From Candidatus Aldehydirespirator sp. (GTDB lineage: Bacteria; Actinomycetota; Acidimicrobiia; Acidimicrobiales; Aldehydirespiratoraceae), in NCBI GenBank assembly GCA_965220485.1, contig OZ244832.1:1674882-1738881 (forward strand): DNA of 64,000 bases, given 5' to 3'. Positions 29,201-34,668 of the stretch are shown in pieces. Position numbers and translations under genes: made by a program. The notes under the pieces were generated by a model. It ran no database searches. It was not told the DNA's origin and saw only the letters and a list, made by a program, of their open reading frames with translations. Numbering within the stretch: position 1 is the first letter of the stretch; each line of letters opens with the position of its first letter.

Positions 29201-29335
29201 GGCGGCATCGCCTACGACGGCCAACAGGCTGGCTGCCAGGGCCAGCGCCAGCAGGAGCACGCCCTTCAGCGGTCGCAGGTAGGAAGGCATCACCCGAGGA
29301 GTCGAGTCCGTCACCTGGTGGTTCGGTCTCTCCAC
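23300..29335 (-). CDS. Giant secreted, SLH-anchored multidomain protein: 2x FN3, 4x PPC (pre-peptidase C-terminal), subtilisin S8 peptidase + P-domain, FN3, about 5 cadherin-like repeats, poly-Thr/poly-Gly linker, 3x SLH
   Basis: Signal peptide. S8 triad motifs VAVVDDG, HGTAVAG and GGTSAATPQVSG. Cadherin-like VTDVNEPP/VTDENEPF boundaries. T9-G30 run. The C-terminus has three F.D...H...I..L...GIT.GC...YCP...VTR.QMA.FLVRA repeats. An alternative start at 29290 (MPSYLRP) removes the overlap with the upstream gene. Confidence 0.85.
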   Translation of the reverse strand: MERPNHQVTDSTPRVMPSYLRPLKGVLLLALALAASLLAVVGDAAAQTPGAPAITSITAGDGSLTIVWTAPSGSTVTSYDMRYIETSEDETIDANWTDKTAVWTSGTLEYTLNGLDGEVSYDVQMRAVNAGTQGSWSSTSTGTPLIGVPTIDSVLVGDGALTVYWSPPPHADKVTVASYDLRYIETSKDETVDANWTVETGIWTSGTRVEVLDGLTNDTGYDVQVRAVTTSAAAWSAAATGTPAEHGGTRADATVLPLNTYMGGSIEPGTDADYFKLELDSATGIIIFTRGDLDTVGELFKSDGTAINENDDGYLAHGIRNFLIWDSLPAGTYYIKVTSYNEATGPYLLLARGIADTTARSNAQTITVGTVRNGILDPLNDVDWFTFTLAEQTDVILSGSSRIAFELQDSSAQAIKTTSFDLPGGARRFDGLVTLEAGKYYLKVTRNGFALGLYSLYVLEAIEPGSTRGTALELDFGRMAVGNIYPSSDTDYFRIDLEEDTHVKLYARGDEVRVHGELQDDSGNAVSGAQLFSSFAGPVGFTMIEELDAGTHYVKVTGSSNLGTGPDTGPYALLMFEDAIYASFVDHCEGLSTTLSDPLSGCQWHLINSGQRKGTPDEDINVEGAWTTTRGSGINVAVVDDGMQYDHPDLAGNAVQCPGGERCRNHDYTGGNDIYDRDESHGTAVAGVIAARDNSIGVRGVAPRATIYGYNVLLNNTVVNEADAMTRNMAVTAVSNNSWGPDDYPSPAPAPGVWELAVDSGVTDGYGGKGIVYVWAAGNGAEDGDYGTLDEYANYYGVTAVCAVNDHGKRTQYSEMGANLWVCAPSNDRGRAAITTTANFDRYRGSFGGTSAATPQVSGVAALVRSVDNSLSWRDVKLILAASARKNDLDNTGWQTGALKYGSTTDRYEFNHEYGFGVVDAKAAVDLAGSWSELLPMRMTGPVESTRRVTVPTSGSGVSSTISVDSDIDFTEFVAVNADFTAPDFRDLRVELVSPSGAVSVLSVPESANCPYKLKSGIVVDCRLVGSFRFGSARHLGEDPSGTWTLRMADRLSGGPPNRLESWSITVYGHKVTPGAPALRSIQPGTDFLTVSWTAPGYTGTSDITGYDVRHIPSGASNKANDSAWTLIEGAGPAATRRYTIAGLSDGLRRDVQVRAVNDSGGGDWSVTARGTPSAINSEPFFVEGATASRTVDETAASGQAIGSPVNARDAESDTLTYRLGGRDAALFDLDSSTGQLRIKEPLDHEAEDIHGVQVTVSDNKDPAGDVDPSVDATVSVYVAVTDVNEPPELIGDTDISYLENGVNEVIEFTAEDPEGGTFIWNFSGTDADDFYFNDGKLAFVSPPDHEMPTDQGGDNQYDVVVTVSDRAQSQSVAVAVTVTDENEPFKLEGDTAFDYGEHRSRSVESFTVVDDPENGPIDWDLSGTDRDDFTLDNGVLSFAAVPDHENPDDSNRDNLYHVAVSAFDGVNRKSLSVIVTVVDLEEPGMVTLDSLQPQVDTALKATLVDPDRGQTGLTWSWESSISQSGPWDPIANATSRSYTPAGTDVGRYLRATASYGDKHGTGKTVRGVSESTVQAKPVTNTAPEFPATENGMRSVDENTAGHTTTGRLVGAPVRADDAQDDRLAYSLSGSHAASFEIDPRLGQLKTKDELDHESRSSYSVTVTARDPSNLSVPIGVTISVTNVEEIGAVTFSSDFPQVSQPLTATLADPDGGVANVAWEWYRSTSGFSGWIRIDGADSRTYQPADADLNHHLRARASYHDHGPQDQDSAAAATVGTVSESPTTTTTTTTTTGGGGGGGGGGGGGGGGGGGGGGGGGGGGGGAPVERNPAEEFADLGEAGVHSSAVLELATDGVVARTGCRRGRLCPHEPIRRWEMAVWLVRVIDGDDPGRPPRSRFEDVRVGLWWAGHVERLAQLGITVGCATEPLRYCPNEPVTRGQMASFLVRAFDLAPAPAAGFDDTANSVHAPNIDTLYAARVTVGCSTDPLLYCTLRSTTRAQMASFLVRALALS

Positions 29336-30297
29336 CAGTTGGGGCTGGACAGCTCCACCCCGTCCTGCGCGGCGAGGGCATTGGCCAGCTCCAGGGACGG
29401 GAAGCCCGGCTCGGTCTCGACGAAGAAGCCGTTGGTCAGGTAGTCGAGCTCCGACACGCGGTCCCGCGAGATGCCGTTGCGGGCGAGGAAGCCGTCGGCG
29501 GAGTCGGAGTCCCAGTCCTCGTCGAGCACGAGGACCACGCCCCCGGGCAGGGTCATCAACTCGCCCGACTCGGAAAGGAAGACCGGCTGGCTGCTAGTGC
29601 CGGCCTCTCCCGAGGAGCCCGCCGCTCTGGAGGCGCCGCCGGCTTCTTCGGCACTGCGAGTGACGATCTGCCCGTCTCCCATGTCGGCCACGACGTCTTC
29701 GTTGGGTGCGATGACATCCTCGGTGATCACCACCAAGTCGAGCTGTAGACGGGCTTCCCCCATCCGGTCGCCGTCGTGCCAGGTGTAGACGTCTCCCTGG
29801 GCCGAGGGCGTGCGACCTGAACCGCCCGTCCCATCGGATTCCTCCGGTCCGACCGGCTCGACCGGCTCGACCGGCTCTTCCTGGCGAGCCCCGCCAACCG
29901 GTTCGGTGGGCGCGAGCTCCTCGACGATCTCCACCGCGAGATCGGGCTCCTTGTCCACAGAGGCCTCAGCGGACGGCTCCACCGCGGCCTCGGAGTCGAC
30001 GTCCGCGCTCGAGCCCGTCGGGATCCCATCATCGGTTACGATCGAAGTCTGCGACGAAGACGGGGCGGCGTCGACCTCGGCGACCACCGAATTGCCAGGA
30101 GTCAGGGCGTCGTCGACCTCGACGACCACCGAATTGCCAGGAGTCGGGGCGTCGGACGGCGCAGGTGCCGCCTCAGGCTCTGGGGTGCCGGAACCGCAGC
30201 CTAGCAGAAACGCGGCGGCAATAGCCGTGGCAGCAACGACTGCTCCGGCTGTGACCAGAACCGCGGATGTCTTGACTCGTGGGTATCCCGCCATCAA
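29311..30297 (-). CDS. Hypothetical secreted lipoprotein, low-complexity N-half
   Basis: Signal and lipobox FLLGCGSG. Acidic, Pro/Glu/Val-rich region with an internal duplication TPGNSVV(V/A)EVD(D/A)A. Conserved-looking C-terminal ~90 aa. Confidence 0.55.
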   Translation of the reverse strand: MMAGYPRVKTSAVLVTAGAVVAATAIAAAFLLGCGSGTPEPEAAPAPSDAPTPGNSVVVEVDDALTPGNSVVAEVDAAPSSSQTSIVTDDGIPTGSSADVDSEAAVEPSAEASVDKEPDLAVEIVEELAPTEPVGGARQEEPVEPVEPVGPEESDGTGGSGRTPSAQGDVYTWHDGDRMGEARLQLDLVVITEDVIAPNEDVVADMGDGQIVTRSAEEAGGASRAAGSSGEAGTSSQPVFLSESGELMTLPGGVVLVLDEDWDSDSADGFLARNGISRDRVSELDYLTNGFFVETEPGFPSLELANALAAQDGVELSSPNWWRDRTTR

Positions 30298-30466
30298 ACG
30301 GCGAGCTTAGAACATGCGCGGATAGTCGGCTCCACCGCGTTTCGAATCGCTGGCAATACAGGCATCACTGCTGCTGCTTCTCATCTATCCGCGCTGCCTC
30401 TTGGTGACGCACCCGGCCCTCTAGCTAGGGGCATCATCACGGGTCCGCGCAAGACGCGTCTGTAGT

Positions 30467-31267
30467 TCAGGCCAGCAGGTCGGCGAACGGGTCTCCGAAG
30501 GGGTCCATGAAGGGTGTCGCCCCGCCGTCCGGTACTGGCTGCGGGAGGGCAGCCGTCCAGCGCTCGTAGCCTTCGTCCTCCAACTCGTCGGCCAATTCCG
30601 ACCCGCCGGACTCCTGGATGCGGCCGCCCGCGAACACATGCACCGCGTCGGGCCTGAGATGGGCGAAGACCCGGCTGTAGTGGGTGATGGCCAACACGCC
30701 CAGCCCGTGCTCGGTAGCCTCCTCGATACGGCCCGCCACGAGGCGCAGCGCGTCGACGTCCAGGCCGGAGTCAAGTTCGTCAATCACCGCGAACGCGGGT
30801 TTCAGCACGCCCAGCTGCAGAGCCTCGTTGCGCTTGCGCTCGCCGCCCGACAGGTCCACGTTCACCGGACGGTGCAGGAACTGCTCCTCAAGACCGATCC
30901 TGTCGGCCTCGGAACGCATCTGCTCGGCGACGGCAGCGCCCTCCGGTGTGCACACCGACTCGGTAAGCATGTCGAGCAGCGAGACGCCCGGAACCTCGGT
31001 GGGGTACTGCATGGCCAGGAACAGGCCCGCCTCGGCCCGCCGCCAGGCGGGCATCCCCAACAACTCGGTGCCGTCGAGCCGGACGGAGCCGTCCAGCACC
31101 TCGTAGCCGCGGCGTCCGGCGATCACATGGGCCAGAGTCGACTTGCCCGACCCATTGGGTCCCATCACCGCGTGCACCTCGCCCGCGCCGACTTGCAGAT
31201 CCACCCCGGTCAGGATCTCGCGGCCCGCCACCGAGGCCCGAAGGCCGTCGATCACCAGGGTGCTCAC
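30467..31267 (-). CDS. sufC: Fe-S cluster assembly ATPase SufC (copy 2)
   Basis: Walker A GPNGSGKST, LSGGERKRNEALQ, Walker B AVIDELDSGLD. The GTG start at 31267 overlaps the Rieske gene stop (GTGA). The track ORF start at 31414 is too early. Confidence 0.9.
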   Translation of the reverse strand: MSTLVIDGLRASVAGREILTGVDLQVGAGEVHAVMGPNGSGKSTLAHVIAGRRGYEVLDGSVRLDGTELLGMPAWRRAEAGLFLAMQYPTEVPGVSLLDMLTESVCTPEGAAVAEQMRSEADRIGLEEQFLHRPVNVDLSGGERKRNEALQLGVLKPAFAVIDELDSGLDVDALRLVAGRIEEATEHGLGVLAITHYSRVFAHLRPDAVHVFAGGRIQESGGSELADELEDEGYERWTAALPQPVPDGGATPFMDPFGDPFADLLA

Positions 31268-31608
31268 GGAGCGTCCCCGTCCGAGTCCGGGTCCAGCCTC
31301 AGCACGACCAGGCCGTCCACCACCGACGCCTCGTAGACGGGCACGGCCCGGGTGGCCGGCAGCGAGAGCGGCGCTCCCGTCTCCAGATCGAACATGGCCC
31401 CGTGGGCCACGCACTCGATGGCGCAGTCATCGGGCTCCACCCAGCCCTCCGACAGCGACACCTCGGCGTGGGTGCACGTGTCACCGATGGCATAGACATC
31501 GTCGCCGATGCGGACCACCGCGATGTCACGGCCGGCTACCTCGACACGACGAGCCGAGTCGGGCTCCAGTTCATCCAGGGGGAACAGCTCGTGGATCGTC
31601 ATCGCCAC
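31264..31608 (-). CDS. Rieske [2Fe-2S] ferredoxin-like protein of the suf operon
   Basis: Rieske motifs CTHAEVSL (C-x-H) and CVAHGAMF (C-x2-H). Sits between sufD and sufC, as in actinobacterial suf operons. Confidence 0.85.
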   Translation of the reverse strand: MAMTIHELFPLDELEPDSARRVEVAGRDIAVVRIGDDVYAIGDTCTHAEVSLSEGWVEPDDCAIECVAHGAMFDLETGAPLSLPATRAVPVYEASVVDGLVVLRLDPDSDGDAP

Positions 31609-31647
31609 CTCTCCGATCTCGAAGGCCTGGCTCGAACGCTCACCGCG

Positions 31648-32928
31648 TCACGCCGCCGGACTCAACATCTGATTGAGCTTCAGGGTCAAGGCCTCGCGCA
31701 CCGTCCCCTCGACCGACCGAACGGGCAGCTTGTCGATCACCTCATCGAAGAACCCGGCCACGATCAGCCGTTCGGCCACAGCAGTGGGAACTCCCCGGCT
31801 CTCAAGGTAGAAGACCTGGTCGGGATCCACGGGACCCACTGCAGAGGCGTGGCTGCACCGCACGTCGTTGTTCTCGATCTCCAGGTTCGGCACCGACTCG
31901 GCCCAGGCGTCGTCGCTGAGCTTGAGGTTGCGGTTGGTCTGGAAGGCGTTGGTGCCGCGGGCATTGGCCCGCACCCGGATCATCCCGGTGTACACGCTGC
32001 GGGCCGAGTCGCCCACCGCGCCCTTGTAGAGCAGGTTGGACGTGGTGTCGGGCGCGGCGTGGTCCTGGTAGGTGCGGAAGTCGAGGATCTGGTCGCCCGA
32101 GCCGAAGTAGGCCGACAGCAGGTCGCCACTGGCTCCTCGTCCTACCAGGCGGATGTCGGTGCGGGTGCGGGCGTAGCCGCCGCCCAGCGCGACCGAGGCC
32201 GCGACCAGTGCGGCGTCGCGGTCCACCCTTGCGGTGTGGGCCGCGATCTGCCAGGTCCGCTGGTCATGCTGCTGCAGGTTGACGTAGCCGAGGTGGGCCG
32301 CCTGACCGACGTCGAGCTCGACGACCGGCACGACCAGCGCCGGTCCGGCCGAGCGCTGGATGTCGAGCACTTTGGCCGACCCGTCCCGCCCGACCCTCAC
32401 CACCAGGCGGGGGAAGGTGGCCGCACCGGACGCGCCGGCGTAGTGGCGCACGGCGATCACCCCGTCCACTACGACTCCCGCGGGGATGTCCACCACAATG
32501 GGACAGCCCGCGAAGGCGTCGTTGAACACGGTGAAGTAATCGCTGGCTCCGTCGACCACCGAGCCAAGCATCTCGGCGCCATCAGCCGAATCGGCCAGCG
32601 GTCCCACGCGGACGCCCTGCCTTGACAGGTCGTCCAGCCCCGTTGAGGCGACGATGTGACCGTCGGCAACGTCCAAGACCGCGGCTACGGCGCCGTTGGC
32701 GGCGGAGTCGACGCCGGCCCACGTCCCATCCGGCGGGAGGGGCGCCTCGACGCCTGCCAACTGGTAGGCAGCCAGGTCGAAGTCGGAGATCGCGCTGTAC
32801 CGCCACTCCTCCGCGGCCGTGGTGGGAGGATCCGAGTCCGCGAAGCTCTCAGCCGCCGCGGCCCGGCGCTCCGCCAGCCAGCGGGGGCCCGGCAGGCTGC
32901 GGGCCGCGTCGACGGTGAAGGAATGCAC
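31648..32928 (-). CDS. sufD: Fe-S cluster assembly protein SufD
   Basis: SufBD-family beta-helix C-terminal region (...SVPNLEIENNDVRCSHASAVGPVDPDQVFYLESRGV...). Position in the suf operon. Confidence 0.88.
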   Translation of the reverse strand: MHSFTVDAARSLPGPRWLAERRAAAAESFADSDPPTTAAEEWRYSAISDFDLAAYQLAGVEAPLPPDGTWAGVDSAANGAVAAVLDVADGHIVASTGLDDLSRQGVRVGPLADSADGAEMLGSVVDGASDYFTVFNDAFAGCPIVVDIPAGVVVDGVIAVRHYAGASGAATFPRLVVRVGRDGSAKVLDIQRSAGPALVVPVVELDVGQAAHLGYVNLQQHDQRTWQIAAHTARVDRDAALVAASVALGGGYARTRTDIRLVGRGASGDLLSAYFGSGDQILDFRTYQDHAAPDTTSNLLYKGAVGDSARSVYTGMIRVRANARGTNAFQTNRNLKLSDDAWAESVPNLEIENNDVRCSHASAVGPVDPDQVFYLESRGVPTAVAERLIVAGFFDEVIDKLPVRSVEGTVREALTLKLNQMLSPAA

Positions 32929-32933
32929 TCGTG

Positions 32934-33380
32934 TCAGCCGCCGTCGCGGTACCGCCTGCGGAAGCGCTCCCCCAGCCCGCCTCCGCCGGAGGAGGGCCCG
33001 CGGCCGCCCTTGCCCTTCTTGGGCTTGGCCTTGGAGGACCGGCCCTTCCTGCCGCCCCGGCGCTTGCCGCGCTCGGCCTCCACATCCGCGATCACGTCCG
33101 GCGCGGCCGCGTTGACGATGTCCTCGGCCGCGTCGAGGAGCGCCCCGATGCTGTCATCGGTCCCGAGGCTCTTGGGCTCGGGCGGGGTTTCGGGGGTGAC
33201 GAGCGACCCGTAGCTCCAGTTCACGTCGGCCAGGCGCCGGGTGTACTTCGGGCAGTCGTCGGGGCAGCGCCAGGGAGCCTCAGGAGCCAGGTCGAGATCG
33301 CACTTCCTCACGGTTTCCCCGTTGGGATAGGTGCGCGACTCGAAGTACTTGCAGTCCTGGCGCATCGGCATTAATGACAT
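32934..33380 (-). CDS. Hypothetical Cys4 protein with basic Gly/Lys/Arg tail, encoded 5 nt upstream of sufD
   Basis: MSLMPMRQDCKYFESRTYPNGETVRKC...WRCPDDCPKY (C-x17-C...C-x3-C). The C-terminus reads KRRGGRKGRSSKAKPKKGKGGRG. Start chosen at 33380, because the longer track ORF overlaps the neighbouring gene. Confidence 0.5.
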   Translation of the reverse strand: MSLMPMRQDCKYFESRTYPNGETVRKCDLDLAPEAPWRCPDDCPKYTRRLADVNWSYGSLVTPETPPEPKSLGTDDSIGALLDAAEDIVNAAAPDVIADVEAERGKRRGGRKGRSSKAKPKKGKGGRGPSSGGGGLGERFRRRYRDGG

Positions 33381-33460
33381 TGTGTCAGGCCGCCGAGCCT
33401 TCGCGTCGCCCACTGCCGCGCCTTCCGGGACTGCATAGGAGATTCTGAACCGCGATGCGG

Positions 33461-33808
33461 CTAGAGCCAATGCGGGCCGTCGTGAGGCTGGGGATTCGCC
33501 GCCGACCATCCGTCCAGTGCCTGAGCCAAGTTCTCGCCCAGAGCGCGACCTCGCCCGAACTTGTCCTTGCGGACGAGGACAATCGGAACCGAGCGCCTCC
33601 CTGACTCGAGGTCGCCCCTCGCGAGAGGAACGAAACCGGCTGCATCCTCGGTCACGATCACGCGGTCCGCCGACAGCGCGGCCGCGTAGACCAGCGCATC
33701 ATCGGTACTGCGCAATCCAACGCTGACCACGCTCACAGCGTCGTGGCCGAGATCGCGCAACGCTCGAACTGCCGCGTGCGGCAGCATCTCATCGAACAGC
33801 CACCTCAT
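33461..33808 (-). CDS. DUF5615-type PIN-like (putative toxin) protein
   Basis: MRWLFDEMLPHAAVRALRDLGHDAVSV...VIVTEDAAGF fits the DUF5615/Mut7-C-like small PIN family as I remember it. Paired with an upstream DUF433-like gene. Confidence 0.55.
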   Translation of the reverse strand: MRWLFDEMLPHAAVRALRDLGHDAVSVVSVGLRSTDDALVYAAALSADRVIVTEDAAGFVPLARGDLESGRRSVPIVLVRKDKFGRGRALGENLAQALDGWSAANPQPHDGPHWL

Positions 33809-33815
33809 CGCGAGA

Positions 33816-34553
33816 TCAGAGATCCAAGCTAGGCGAGTCGTCTCGTTCTACTGTTCGACGGGCTCGATCGGCTTGCTGTTCGGCAATGGTGCGCTCACGA
33901 TCTGCGATCATCTCGTCGGCAAGTACAAGAGCGCGTCGGTTGGCCTCCAATAGTGCCTGTATCTCGTCGGGATACGCTTTGTGGAACTCCATAGCCAGCC
34001 TGATCTGCCGTGGGTGAAGGTCTGCCTCCACGCTGACTGTCTCAACCGGATCGAACCCGTCCGCAGGCACTTCCTTCAACGCTCGAATGACCTGCCAGAC
34101 ATCGGGACCGCCCGCCAGGCTGGCGCGACGCCCTGCCGGTCCATCCCTGTAGACGATTCCGGGGTATTCGCGAGTCTTCAGGCCCTCATCGATCAGCGAA
34201 GCAGCCAATGTAGGCGATGGGAGGCCGCTAGCTGCACTCTCGGCGTCGAGGCGGGCGGCCACCTCGTCGGATACCGGGACCGGCAACGCATCCGGCAGGA
34301 TTCCCGATCCCGCCATCGTGTCCCTGTCCGGTTCCAGCAACTCTGGGGGCGCCGATGCCCGCAGGCTGATCGGCTGGCTGGGCGTGTCTGCTGCCCTGCT
34401 TGGGCGTCGCTTGCCCGCCAGTACCCGGTCGACATAGCTCTTGGAGGCACGCGCACTGCGGGCGATCTGCTCATTCGTCCAGTCCGGGTGATCGTAGAAG
34501 GCGCTAAGGATCGCCTGTCGTTTGCTACGAAGTCTGCCCATTTGCCTTGCCAC
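33816..34553 (-). CDS. HTH + DUF433-like protein (putative antitoxin partner)
   Basis: N-terminal HTH (WTNEQIARSARASKSYVDRVL). The C-terminal GIVYRDGPAGRRASLAGGPDVWQVIRAL...LHPRQIRLAMEFHKAYPDEI resembles DUF433. Ends 8 nt before the DUF5615 gene. Confidence 0.5.
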   Translation of the reverse strand: MARQMGRLRSKRQAILSAFYDHPDWTNEQIARSARASKSYVDRVLAGKRRPSRAADTPSQPISLRASAPPELLEPDRDTMAGSGILPDALPVPVSDEVAARLDAESAASGLPSPTLAASLIDEGLKTREYPGIVYRDGPAGRRASLAGGPDVWQVIRALKEVPADGFDPVETVSVEADLHPRQIRLAMEFHKAYPDEIQALLEANRRALVLADEMIADRERTIAEQQADRARRTVERDDSPSLDL

Positions 34554-34668
34554 TCAACCTCTAGATCCGTGGCACCCTTCCGCAAGAATCATACCGTTCA
34601 CGCCGAAGGACGGGGGCCGACGACTTCGACTTGTTCCGCCAGTCTCCCTGTGTTGGGACGCTGCCTAC

